From IMG/VR virus record IMGVR_UViG_3300031820_000003, positions 22,868 through 86,867 of that record: a stretch of 64,000 nt of DNA; one strand, written 5' to 3'. The notes under the pieces were generated by a model. It saw only the letters and a program-made list of their open reading frames with translations, was not told where the DNA came from and ran no database searches. The stretch comes from a virus. Its lineage: Duplodnaviria > Caudoviricetes. How positions within the stretch are numbered: the first letter of the stretch is position 1; every line of letters starts with the position of its first letter. Shown piece by piece: positions 16,661-25,196 of this stretch. The translations under genes were made by a program, and so were the position numbers.

Positions 16661-17238
16661 TGCGGAATGAGACAACAGAAATGAAGCCGTTAGCAGCACA
16701 CATCTGGAATCGGGAAGAACATGAGCACTATGTCGAGCCCGAGTGGTGTTCGCAGCGGCTCTTTCAGGTCGAGCCGTTTGTGCAGGAGATTTGGGACCCG
16801 GCTTGTGGGTTTGGACGTATCTGTGAGTCAGCACGGGCGGCAGGACATGCCGTTCATGGCACGGATATCATGCATCGCGGTTACTACGCGCAAACGGCTA
16901 CATGCGATTTTCTAAGCTCGTCTGAGCGGTGGACCAATATCGTCACAAATCCTCCATTCGACCTCTTCGCTGGCTTTGTCCGGCATGCACTTCAGCTTGC
17001 CAGGGGCAAGGTGGCGATGATCTGGCTGGTTCGCCGCTTACCGGCCGCGCGCTGGCTTAAGGAAACACCCCTGCAACGCATCTGGTGGTTAACGCCTCGT
17101 CCCTCAATGCCGCCTGGACACACAATCACAGCCGGTGAGAAACCCGGTGGGGGGACACAGGATTTTTGCTGGTTGGTGTGGGAGCAGGGACGACCCTACG
17201 TAGGCGCAACCGACTGGCTGCATCGCGATAATTCATGA
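16660..17238 (+). CDS. Orphan DNA N6-adenine (amino) methyltransferase
   Basis: Motif I WDPACGFG and motif IV TNPPF. Confidence 0.85.
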   Translation: MRNETTEMKPLAAHIWNREEHEHYVEPEWCSQRLFQVEPFVQEIWDPACGFGRICESARAAGHAVHGTDIMHRGYYAQTATCDFLSSSERWTNIVTNPPFDLFAGFVRHALQLARGKVAMIWLVRRLPAARWLKETPLQRIWWLTPRPSMPPGHTITAGEKPGGGTQDFCWLVWEQGRPYVGATDWLHRDNS

Positions 17239-17693
17239 TTGATGAGACAATGGAAACCGCGATGCTCTTTCGTAATACGGGGACATTGCCCTTACGGAGC
17301 GAAAATCGCGTCTCCGTTCTTGAGCTTTGCAACCGAGCAGCCGAAGCCCTCAAGGCTGTCGGCTTCGAGCGGGTACAGGTTTCGATGAAGAGCGAGGCCA
17401 CCTACTACCGTCTGCCGGGACGACATGGGCTTCTGCGTATAGCCACCCACAAGTCAAAGCGGACGCCGATCGGCATGGATTACGTTGCTGCTACGTTGAC
17501 GTTCAACGGCGGCAAGAGAGACCGCGATACCATGATTATGAAGGATAGTCGCTTCGAGGGAATGCTTTGGGTTGCGGTCGGGCAATACATCTTGCGATCA
17601 GGTGCGCCGCATGAGTCCAGGTATACCGGCAAACGCGGAACCTGGGAATCCCATTGTGTTCCTTCTGCTGAATCTACAGGAACGAAGCCATGA
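17235..17693 (+). CDS. Hypothetical protein
   Basis: 152 aa, coupled. Confidence 0.7.
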   Translation: MIDETMETAMLFRNTGTLPLRSENRVSVLELCNRAAEALKAVGFERVQVSMKSEATYYRLPGRHGLLRIATHKSKRTPIGMDYVAATLTFNGGKRDRDTMIMKDSRFEGMLWVAVGQYILRSGAPHESRYTGKRGTWESHCVPSAESTGTKP

Positions 17694-17981
17694 TCCCGAA
17701 GCTGACATCGAAGCAGAAAAAGCACATCAAGGACCGGGGCGCTCAATTCGATAACGCGCTGGCGCGGGCAACGATGTGCGTCCGCTCCTGCGGCAAGCTG
17801 ATCGGGATGGAAAAGGTGCGAGCTCCGATCGCCTGGAGAGCAGCCCTTGCCGCAACGGGATATCCGTTTGAGACGGAAGGCTTTGTCATGGGAGAACGAA
17901 GCCGGCCCGGTTGATCAGGAAATCCAAGACATCGCCAGCAAGCTCTATGACGACGCTGTAAGAGCCGCGAGACAAACATGA
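17690..17981 (+). pseudogene. Frameshifted allele of 61305..61595
   Basis: Extra A at 17895-17896 gives a stop at 17914; the rest of the reading frame is still present. Confidence 0.7.
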
Positions 17982-18034
17982 CTCTCCCCTACCCGCCGCC
18001 CTGGATGGACAGGGCACGCTGACGAGCAGGAGCC

Positions 18035-18184
18035 ATGACGATGGATATGGTCGGCCTAATTGTCTTCCACCTACCGAGCAGGCTCAGACTTTGGGTTGCT
18101 CGCAAGATCGGTAAGCCGATGGCCGGCGGTGGATGGATGATAGGGACGACAGTGGCGATCTATGATCCATCCGTCGAGGACTGA
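18035..18184 (+). CDS. Small hypothetical protein (49 aa)
   Basis: AGGAG SD. Confidence 0.5.
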   Translation: MTMDMVGLIVFHLPSRLRLWVARKIGKPMAGGGWMIGTTVAIYDPSVED

Positions 18185-18189
18185 GACAA

Positions 18190-18465
18190 ATGACCGACTC
18201 GGTAATTGAGCCTCTGAAGGAAAAGGCGCCACCTCAAAAGAGGGACACGCTCTTTGTCACCGACAAGGAGCTTATCGAGCGGCTCGGCATCCCGAAGCAA
18301 GACGCATGGCCCGTTCTCAAGATGCTAGACGAGAATAAGAAATCTGGTTTTCCACAGAAGTCCAAGCTTTGGGGTGGACGGCGCTACTGGCCGGCGGTCA
18401 AGGCCTATTTCGATCGGACAAATGGTCTTACGGTTGAGACTCCACAAGAACGGAGGGCCTCGTGA
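18190..18465 (+). CDS. xis: Excisionase-like winged-helix protein
   Basis: FPQK..LWGGRRYWPAVKAY; directly upstream of int. Confidence 0.78.
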   Translation: MTDSVIEPLKEKAPPQKRDTLFVTDKELIERLGIPKQDAWPVLKMLDENKKSGFPQKSKLWGGRRYWPAVKAYFDRTNGLTVETPQERRAS

Positions 18466-19691
18466 CCGAAAGACCGCCTCGACCTGAAATCCCGAATGCT
18501 CCTGGCCTGCGCTGGTATCCCCGCGTGATCGGCTGGGAAGCCCGCTGGCGCGCCCGCCCCGACCTGGTGCAGGCCGGCTTCCGCCCGAAGAGTTTTGGAC
18601 TCTGGCGCGGTGCAGAGCCCACAGAGCAAGAGATTGCCTGGATGCAGGACAGGTGTGAGCGCCTGCAGGCCGACATGCTCGTTTGGGGCCGCGATGGTCT
18701 CCCGCAGCCAGAGACGGCGTTTGACGGCACGGTCAGGTCTCTCGTGCAATGCTACGAAAGCGATCCGGACTCCAGCTTTCACAAGTTACGCTTCCAGTCA
18801 AAGCGCAACAGCCGCTATCGATGCCGCGTCCTGATCCGTGACTATGGCGATCAGGCCGTAGCTGATATCGACGCGCGGCTGATCAAGCGCTGGCATGCGG
18901 GTTGGACGGTCGACGGGAAGATCGCTAGCGGTCACATGATGGTCACGATGCTGCGGACCTTGATGGGGTTCGGCGCGACCTTCTTCAAGAAGGATCAGGG
19001 CGGGGCTGATTGCGCGACCGTGCGCACCCTGCTCTCCATGATGAAGTTCCCTAACATCAAGCCGCGCAATGTCTGCCTGACGGCCGAGCACGCCATCGCG
19101 ATCCGCGCCGAGGCGCACAAGCAGGGTATGCCATCGATCGCGCTCGCCCAGGCTATCCAGTTCGAGGTGGCCTTGAGGCAGAAGGACGTGATTGGGGAAT
19201 GGGTGCCCACCAGCGAGCCGGGTGTGTCAGACGTTATCGCAGGCAACGACAAATGGCTACGCGGTATCCGCTGGAACGAAATCGATGCGAACCTGATCCT
19301 GCGCCACACGACCAGCAAACGCGGCAAGGACATCGAATTCAATCTGCGCTTGGCGCCGATGGTCATGGAGGAACTCGCCCGCATTGGCGATCTGCCCAAG
19401 AGCGGGCCGGTGATCATCTACGAGCGCACCGGAGTTCCCTACTACGCTCATCAGTTCGGCAAGGAGTGGAAGATCATCGCGCGGGGCGCTGGCATCCCGG
19501 ATGGCGTCCACAACATGGACTCGCGGGCGGGCGCCATTACGGAGGCCACCGAGGCCGGCGTCCCGCTCGAGCACGTCCAGCACCTCGCCACACACTCGAA
19601 CATCACGACCACACAGGGCTACTCGCGGGGCAAGACGGAGAAAGTCGAGAGCACTGCGCGGGCTCGGGTGGCGCACCGGAACAAGAAGTGA
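18462..19691 (+). CDS. int: Tyrosine recombinase / integrase
   Basis: ALRQKDV, DSRAGAITEA, HSNITTTQGY catalytic motifs. Confidence 0.92.
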   Translation: MTERPPRPEIPNAPGLRWYPRVIGWEARWRARPDLVQAGFRPKSFGLWRGAEPTEQEIAWMQDRCERLQADMLVWGRDGLPQPETAFDGTVRSLVQCYESDPDSSFHKLRFQSKRNSRYRCRVLIRDYGDQAVADIDARLIKRWHAGWTVDGKIASGHMMVTMLRTLMGFGATFFKKDQGGADCATVRTLLSMMKFPNIKPRNVCLTAEHAIAIRAEAHKQGMPSIALAQAIQFEVALRQKDVIGEWVPTSEPGVSDVIAGNDKWLRGIRWNEIDANLILRHTTSKRGKDIEFNLRLAPMVMEELARIGDLPKSGPVIIYERTGVPYYAHQFGKEWKIIARGAGIPDGVHNMDSRAGAITEATEAGVPLEHVQHLATHSNITTTQGYSRGKTEKVESTARARVAHRNKK

Positions 19692-19829
19692 ACCTGTGCA
19701 CCACGAACGTTAAGCGAAAGTGCATAGGACACGGATGGGGCACTGCTCAAGCTAAGTCTTTGATTTTGTTGATGCGTAAATTCATGTGTCATTAACAAAG
19801 CGGTCAATGAAATCAATGGGCTAGTGCAC
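19692..19829. other. attP-like site (unit A/B junction)
   Basis: TTCA-TGTGTCA-TTAA core (19781-19795) between inverted TTGATTT/AAATCAA arms; GTGCA repeats; ~90% identical to 63417..63553. Confidence 0.7.
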
Positions 19830-20018
19830 CATCGAAGAACGGCAGGGAAGAATACGGACGTGTGGGGAGTACGGAAAGCGAGGATGGCCCAGGGCGGAGA
19901 ACAGGTCTGCCCGGTCGCCGGATGCGCCAACTGGAAAGCCGAGATCAAAGCTTTGCGGATTGCCTGTGAAACCCGCACGGCGAGTGGAGGTGCAATTCCT
20001 CCCACGTCCACCAATTAG
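19824..20018 (+). CDS. Variable small ORF after att (start uncertain)
   Basis: Stop abuts the shared repeat; occupies the same slot as 63593..63871. Confidence 0.35.
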   Translation: MHHRRTAGKNTDVWGVRKARMAQGGEQVCPVAGCANWKAEIKALRIACETRTASGGAIPPTSTN

Positions 20019-20020
20019 GA

Positions 20021-20147
20021 GATCGGACGGGACGGTAGAGGAGCTATAGGGATGAGCGATCCCATTGATCGACTGAAGGAAGAGGTGAGTTTCCGAGAAG
20101 CCGATCCAAATAATTACGATGAGCAGGTAACGGCTGATCTTCGATAT
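20021..20147 (+). repeat. Direct repeat copy 1 (identical to 63874..64000)
   Basis: Exact match for at least 127 bp; offset 43,853 bp. Confidence 0.95.
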
Positions 20148-20276
20148 CTCATAGATCGGGTGGCCGAGCTGGAGCAGGCCATCTACGAAGTCGTGAACCA
20201 CGGCGATGCCAGCGGCGATCCGGAGCTGATGGCCAAGCTCAAGAGACTGACCCCGGAAGCCGGGTGGACGGATTAG
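20052..20276 (+). CDS. Hypothetical protein
   Basis: 74 aa; second copy begins at 63905. Confidence 0.7.
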   Translation: MSDPIDRLKEEVSFREADPNNYDEQVTADLRYLIDRVAELEQAIYEVVNHGDASGDPELMAKLKRLTPEAGWTD

Positions 20277-20280
20277 GAGG

Positions 20281-20526
20281 GTGAGAATGAAGTGCCCAAA
20301 GTGCGACGAGGACTGCGAGCGCGATAGCGTCGATGTGGGTGTGGGCGTGATCCACGGTCCATATGGATGCCCGAGTTGTGCTTGGTCTGAGGATTCCGAA
20401 TACGACCTATCGGACGGCAAAGACCCTGTGGATGAGAAGGGTGGCGCAATCGATCAGTATGGTGGCTATCATCCGCCCGGATCGTCTATGGCCCTAGCTT
20501 ACCGGTTGGCGCGAAATCACGAGTAG
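20281..20526 (+). CDS. Zinc-finger protein
   Basis: CPKC...CPSC; GGAGG SD. Confidence 0.7.
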   Translation: MRMKCPKCDEDCERDSVDVGVGVIHGPYGCPSCAWSEDSEYDLSDGKDPVDEKGGAIDQYGGYHPPGSSMALAYRLARNHE

Positions 20527-20550
20527 TCATCGGTCGAGAGACAAGAGGAA

Positions 20551-20712
20551 TCATCTATTGGCCCGTTCCCGCCTCTTCAGTTCCCGCTCGACCGCCTGCC
20601 GGATGAATTCGGCCTGGCCCTCCCCCTCCTTGAGGGCGGCTTCGATCCTGGCGAGTGTCCCGGCAGGGAACCGCCCGAGGGCGGCTTCCTCGTTTATGCG
20701 TTTCCGGCCCAT
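20551..20712 (-). CDS. Ribbon-helix-helix (Arc-like) regulator
   Basis: MGRKRIN..RFP....IEAAL......FIRQAVERE. Confidence 0.75.
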   Translation of the reverse strand: MGRKRINEEAALGRFPAGTLARIEAALKEGEGQAEFIRQAVERELKRRERANR

Positions 20713-20729
20713 CTTTTTTCTCCGCAAAA

Positions 20730-20770
20730 GTGATATCACCTATTGACAGGCCAAAAATAGGTGATATCAT
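20730..20770 (+). promoter_or_regulatory. sigma70-type promoter TTGACA-16-TATCAT inside a 15-bp inverted repeat
   Basis: GTGATATCACCTATT / AATAGGTGATATCAT arms (14/15 match). Confidence 0.78.
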
Positions 20771-20797
20771 GTTCATTGTCAACAACGGAGAATGGCC

Positions 20798-20959
20798 ATG
20801 CTGATCGTCACCTGGAAGGAAAACGGAATGCGGCTTCGAGTTCTCGGTGAGAAGAAAGGGCGCCAAGACGAGCTTCGGATTGTGGTTCAGAAGGAAACAG
20901 CCCAAGGCATTCATGGGCAATTCTCTCTACGTCCGGAGGAAATCGAGTGGCCGATCTGA
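20798..20959 (+). CDS. Small beta-rich protein (53 aa)
   Basis: MLIVTWKENGMRLRV...; GGAG SD; first gene after the promoter. Confidence 0.65.
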   Translation: MLIVTWKENGMRLRVLGEKKGRQDELRIVVQKETAQGIHGQFSLRPEEIEWPI

Positions 20960-21114
20960 TTGTTCAGGAGCCCTTACGGGATCGAATAGGCCGGGTTCTC
21001 TATGAAGAGCCCGGCCTTGACCGGAACTGGTACGAACTCAGCGAAGAGCGCCGAGAGCCGTGGCGCAAAGATGCTGATCGAGTCATCGCGATTCTATCTG
21101 AGAGAGGAGAATAA
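20947..21114 (+). CDS. Small hypothetical protein (55 aa)
   Basis: GGAGG SD, GTG start. Confidence 0.6.
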   Translation: MADLIVQEPLRDRIGRVLYEEPGLDRNWYELSEERREPWRKDADRVIAILSERGE

Positions 21115-21115
21115 G

Positions 21116-21547
21116 ATGGCGGAGACAAGCGAAGATTGGGCGATCAGTCCCCAACATGCAGCTCAACTGGCTTATGGCTTGCTTTGGCTAGATCCCTTAC
21201 CCTCGATGCCTTCAAAGGCCGCCAGGAAGCAGTTGCTCCACGCTCTTTCACACGAAGAACGGAAAGCCGGGATTGGCTGGGCGATGAAAATCGCGGCCGA
21301 CATTCGAGAAAATATTGGTAGCGCGAGCGATAATGCGCTTTTGCGCAAGGCCAAAGAAATGCGGCATGCCATCGATATGATTGAAGGTGCTCTAATGCGA
21401 TGGCCCGAATTAATGGAGTTGCCTAAGAAATGGGGCGATCCGCGCCACCATAGAGAACTCGGTTTGCGCGATATCAAGGGCAACTGCGGCCAGCTCTATG
21501 ACGTTTACGACGCCATGATGGAAATGCAATCGGATCATCAATTCTGA
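21116..21547 (+). CDS. Hypothetical protein
   Basis: GAGGAG SD; from MAETSED. Confidence 0.65.
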   Translation: MAETSEDWAISPQHAAQLAYGLLWLDPLPSMPSKAARKQLLHALSHEERKAGIGWAMKIAADIRENIGSASDNALLRKAKEMRHAIDMIEGALMRWPELMELPKKWGDPRHHRELGLRDIKGNCGQLYDVYDAMMEMQSDHQF

Positions 21548-21601
21548 CGAATTCGAATCGTTGGCATAAAGTCATCAGTAGACGCACAATAGGAGCGAAC
21601 C

Positions 21602-21892
21602 ATGGTTGATTTCACGAGACCCGGACGCATGATATCTGGTTCAAAAACTGAGCCCAAGGGTCATGTGTGCGTCTTTAACGCCAATGTGTGCTCGAAGTCG
21701 CGCGGCAAGTTTTGGTTCGGGGATATCGACATCACCGCCGACGCGGATGACTTGCGCAAGCTGGCCGTCAAGGAAGGCGAAGAGATTTACATTCTCCGCG
21801 AGATGGACGGACGATTCATGAATGAAGCGGAGCCGCTGCTTCACAAGTCCGTCGCGCGCGTCACTCCGGACGGCACAATAACGGTCGGATGA
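21602..21892 (+). CDS. Hypothetical protein
   Basis: AGGAG SD. Confidence 0.7.
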   Translation: MVDFTRPGRMISGSKTEPKGHVCVFNANVCSKSRGKFWFGDIDITADADDLRKLAVKEGEEIYILREMDGRFMNEAEPLLHKSVARVTPDGTITVG

Positions 21893-21896
21893 GTAA

Positions 21897-22124
21897 TTGT
21901 CTAACATCACATCGGACAACGGGATGCGCATCGGAGAACTGATCGCGGTGGCTAGGGAGTTAAAAGGATGGACGCTTCGGGACCTCGAAAAGAAAACCGG
22001 AATTTCCAATGCGCTTCTATCGCAGATCGAGACCGGTCGCATCAAGAGCCCAAGCTGGCGCAACGTGGTCGCAATCGCGAAGGCGCTCAATCTGAAACTG
22101 GATCGACTGGCGGCATGCGACTGA
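21897..22124 (+). CDS. XRE-family HTH regulator
   Basis: WTLRDLEKKTGISNALLSQIETG. Confidence 0.85.
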   Translation: MSNITSDNGMRIGELIAVARELKGWTLRDLEKKTGISNALLSQIETGRIKSPSWRNVVAIAKALNLKLDRLAACD

Positions 22125-22155
22125 CCCATATCAAAAGTGACAAGGAGAACGGCTG

Positions 22156-22446
22156 ATGCGCGTGAACGTCTACACAGAGGAATTGCTGACGGTCGGGAAC
22201 AACCCAGTGGCGGCTGAAATCGTCGAAACAGAATATATAAGCTCGCGAACCGGACAGCCCATGAAGAACTACGGACTGCGGATTTACCTCAAGTCGCATC
22301 CCGACCTGCATTACGTTCCGGGGCGCGACGACGATCGATCCGCAATCACGTTCTGGTGCGGGCCAACGCGCCGTGCTGCCGTAGAGTTCTGGCGCTTCGT
22401 TGGTGCCATGGCGTTCGATGTCGCGGAGCGGAATCACGATGACTGA
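22156..22446 (+). CDS. Hypothetical protein
   Basis: AGGAG SD. Confidence 0.7.
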   Translation: MRVNVYTEELLTVGNNPVAAEIVETEYISSRTGQPMKNYGLRIYLKSHPDLHYVPGRDDDRSAITFWCGPTRRAAVEFWRFVGAMAFDVAERNHDD

Positions 22447-22711
22447 CACGACGAGAATCGAAATCGCGATCTATATCGACGACCAGGAATATGCGATGCG
22501 CGTGTGGCCTGCGGTGCCACGGGTCGGCGATGAGATCATGGTGCGGAGAGTAGAGCCCCGCAATGAGACGCACAACATGGTCAATCGCCCTCGTGTCCTG
22601 GACGAGCATGCCATCGCGGTTGTCGAAACGGTCTGCTGGGGCACGAGCGACAAGAGCCGAGATGGTCCATGGAGCGAACTGCGGGTCTCCATGTTCTGCA
22701 AATGGCGCTGA
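22439..22711 (+). CDS. Hypothetical protein
   Basis: 90 aa, overlapping start. Confidence 0.6.
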   Translation: MTDTTRIEIAIYIDDQEYAMRVWPAVPRVGDEIMVRRVEPRNETHNMVNRPRVLDEHAIAVVETVCWGTSDKSRDGPWSELRVSMFCKWR

Positions 22712-22736
22712 GTCACGGTGAGAGAGAGGTCGAGAA

Positions 22737-22976
22737 ATGAACGTCACGCCTGAAATGGTCGAAGCGGCGGCGAAGGCTATCTATGACGCCGAGCCGTACT
22801 ACGAACAAGGCGAGTACGTTGACGGTTTTCCTGTTTCACCCGGAGGGAACTTGACATGGAATCAGGCCAAGGCGCGAGACGCCGAATTTTCTGGCGATGG
22901 CTTGTTTATCCCAATCACTCAGTTTCCATATCGAGCCGCACGAGCAGCGCTCGAAGCCGCATTGTCTAATACCTGA
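22737..22976 (+). CDS. Hypothetical phage protein
   Basis: VTPEMVEAAAKAI...ARAALEAA phage motif. Confidence 0.7.
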   Translation: MNVTPEMVEAAAKAIYDAEPYYEQGEYVDGFPVSPGGNLTWNQAKARDAEFSGDGLFIPITQFPYRAARAALEAALSNT

Positions 22977-22988
22977 GAACACAACGCC

Positions 22989-23321
22989 ATGGTCACGCCG
23001 CAAGAACTTCGAGACCGGGCCGAACTGCTCCGTCAATGGGGCAAGTTTGAGCTGGGCATGACCCCTCCAGCAGCGCTCGACTACGACGACACAATGCAGA
23101 AGCTTGATGCAGCAGCGGCAGAGATCGAACGGCTGCAGGCTCTGCTCACAGAGGTGTCAATCAGACTACACGCATGGGAAGGGGGTGAGCCCTCTGCAAT
23201 GATGTGCGGAGATTTGGCCAAAGAAATCGACGAGGCGCTGAATAATGAGCAGTTACACAATAGCGGCGCATCTAGCTCAATAGATGCGCCACCGCCGCGC
23301 AATGAGGGCGTGGAGCCATAA
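22989..23321 (+). CDS. Coiled-coil phage protein
   Basis: AAAEIERLQ motif. Confidence 0.65.
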   Translation: MVTPQELRDRAELLRQWGKFELGMTPPAALDYDDTMQKLDAAAAEIERLQALLTEVSIRLHAWEGGEPSAMMCGDLAKEIDEALNNEQLHNSGASSSIDAPPPRNEGVEP

Positions 23322-23572
23322 GCGAAACGAGAGGCGGCGCGAGGCGCGGGCACTGGCGCGTAGTGCTCACGGCTATCGCCGGTTCTGACGCGCGGCTATC
23401 AGTAGATAGGCAGGCAAGATGAACCGATGCGAAAAATGTGGGTCAACCACGGAACACGTGTGCTCCTGGGTTTGTGTGGATATTTGCCCGAAATGCGATG
23501 GGTGGCCTGATTCAACTTGCCCTACGGATCGATTCTGTCAGCCTGATGCGGCATCAAAACAGGAGATTGATC

Positions 23573-23770
23573 ATGGCAACGAAGTTGATTGATGTTCAGC
23601 CCGGAGACGCTCTGATTGCCGATGCTGGATTTACGTGCGTGAAGCCGGGAAGGGTTTCCGTGAAGAAGAGTGACAATGGCCTCTACTTTGACTGCAGCGA
23701 GGGCCGGCATTACCTCGACGGGCAGGTCAATGACGAAGGCAGCCTTGTAGGATTGAGGCGCATCGACTAG
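23573..23770 (+). CDS. Small hypothetical protein (65 aa)
   Basis: AGGAG SD. Confidence 0.7.
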   Translation: MATKLIDVQPGDALIADAGFTCVKPGRVSVKKSDNGLYFDCSEGRHYLDGQVNDEGSLVGLRRID

Positions 23771-23783
23771 CGCGCGGCTATAG

Positions 23784-23990
23784 ATGAACACCGTCCGCAA
23801 AACCCGCCTGCAGCGGAAAATGACCCAGCGCGATCTTGCCGGAAAGGTCGGCACGAGCCAGCAGCAGATCCAGCGCATCGAGAACGGGCAGACGCCTACG
23901 CTCGAGCTGGCGTGCAGGATTTCCAGCGCACTCAAGGCTGAACTGACAGAGTTGTTCCCGATTGAGACGCGCGCACTCAATAGGAAATAG
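23784..23990 (+). CDS. XRE-family HTH regulator
   Basis: MTQRDLAGKVGTSQQQIQRIENG. Confidence 0.88.
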   Translation: MNTVRKTRLQRKMTQRDLAGKVGTSQQQIQRIENGQTPTLELACRISSALKAELTELFPIETRALNRK

Positions 23991-23995
23991 ATGAT

Positions 23996-24343
23996 ATGTG
24001 CTCGTGTCCTGAGCGGCCGAAATGCGAATGGGACTGGTGCGATGAGCCTGCAGACTGGTCCGTTTACCAACCTCAATGGGGATCACGCCCCCAGCGCTTC
24101 AAGCTCATGTGCGATGAGCACTACGGATGGTACTGCGAGAAAATTCCCGGCATCGACCGTCCGGACGGAGCGGATGAATACTGGCGCTCATCACTCGCCG
24201 ATTCGCTGCGCTTTGGGATGATCAAGACGGCATTCGAGGACCGGCAGAATGGGAGAAAGCCGCTAGCGATCGAGGATACGGGCTACAAGCGAAAATACAC
24301 CTTCGAACAGTTGAAGCAGATAGTCCAATCGAGACATAGATGA
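23996..24343 (+). CDS. Cys-containing hypothetical protein
   Basis: CxC..CxxC..C motif. Confidence 0.6.
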   Translation: MCSCPERPKCEWDWCDEPADWSVYQPQWGSRPQRFKLMCDEHYGWYCEKIPGIDRPDGADEYWRSSLADSLRFGMIKTAFEDRQNGRKPLAIEDTGYKRKYTFEQLKQIVQSRHR

Positions 24344-24552
24344 TGAGTAACCGAGAAAAGATTACCATGCTCCCGGGCAGTCAGCCCGACCTCAAGATCA
24401 TGATGGCCATGGTGTGCGAGGAATATCCTGGCGTGAGCCGTGGTATCGTGATCGTGTTCGATGAGAACGGCGACATGCACACGAATTTCCGGTGCAACGA
24501 TCAGGAGATGGCCTTAGCTGGCGCTCGGTTGCTTCACCTTGCAAACACTTGA
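24340..24552 (+). CDS. Hypothetical protein
   Basis: Coupled ORF. Confidence 0.65.
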   Translation: MMSNREKITMLPGSQPDLKIMMAMVCEEYPGVSRGIVIVFDENGDMHTNFRCNDQEMALAGARLLHLANT

Positions 24553-24570
24553 TTCACAAGAGACGACACA

Positions 24571-24702
24571 ATGAGACTCAATGCAATCCTAACGTGGCTA
24601 GCCCTGCTGACCACATGGATTTGGTTGCTAAATGTCGCTATTGACGCAAAATTTTCGCGTGAGGTCATCAATATTTTAGCTGGGCACGCTGACGCGAAGT
24701 AA
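24571..24702 (+). CDS. Single-TM peptide (43 aa)
   Basis: MRLNAILTWLALLTTWIWLL... Confidence 0.5.
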   Translation: MRLNAILTWLALLTTWIWLLNVAIDAKFSREVINILAGHADAK

Positions 24703-24717
24703 TGCCTAATGGGTCAA

Positions 24718-25194
24718 TCATTTTCCGTTCATCGGTACCATGACGCGCTGACGTAAACCGTCCAGCTCCAGGCGAAGATTCTTCAACTCGTCGGCGACTG
24801 TAAAGGTAGAATTTGACTTGCGGTCGATTTCCTCTGATCGAATCTCAAGGTGATCGATCCTTTTCTCCAGCGTCGTCACCGAAGTCAACGTGCTCGTGCG
24901 TCGGTTTTGCTCAGTCTCGATCCGCAGAATATGGGCATCAGCCCTTTCGAGGTCGCGGCGCAGGGCAGAGAGATCGTGATCCACGGTCTTCTTGTACTCG
25001 TCGTTGGTCTGGATAGACGTGTAGAGCTTTGCAAGCTGGTCGCCGTCCTTCTCGCGCCCAGCCTCAAGCTTCTCGATCCGAACCGATTGCGGCACGATGA
25101 CAACCGAATAAATGCCCCCGGCGGCTATAGCAACGGCGCTGATAGCACCGATCATGGTCCTTATCCAATCGGCGCCATTGTTCGGTGCGGGCAT
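24718..25194 (-). CDS. TM-anchored coiled-coil protein (i-spanin-like topology)
   Basis: N-terminal TM followed by a long coiled coil; end of lysis cassette. Confidence 0.6.
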   Translation of the reverse strand: MPAPNNGADWIRTMIGAISAVAIAAGGIYSVVIVPQSVRIEKLEAGREKDGDQLAKLYTSIQTNDEYKKTVDHDLSALRRDLERADAHILRIETEQNRRTSTLTSVTTLEKRIDHLEIRSEEIDRKSNSTFTVADELKNLRLELDGLRQRVMVPMNGK

Positions 25195-25196
25195 TC

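Larger units (their letters stand above)
1..19791. mobile_element. Temperate phage unit A (left-truncated), T7/BPP-1-like virion module with lambdoid early region
   Basis: Contiguous capsid, scaffold, portal, terL, replication, cro/cI, ERF, xis and int genes ending at an attP-like site. Confidence 0.9.

Noticed and set aside
19781-19800. att core as a tRNA or dusA fragment
   Set aside because: The core matches no tRNA 3' end or dusA motif that I recognise; the attB target cannot be identified from this window.
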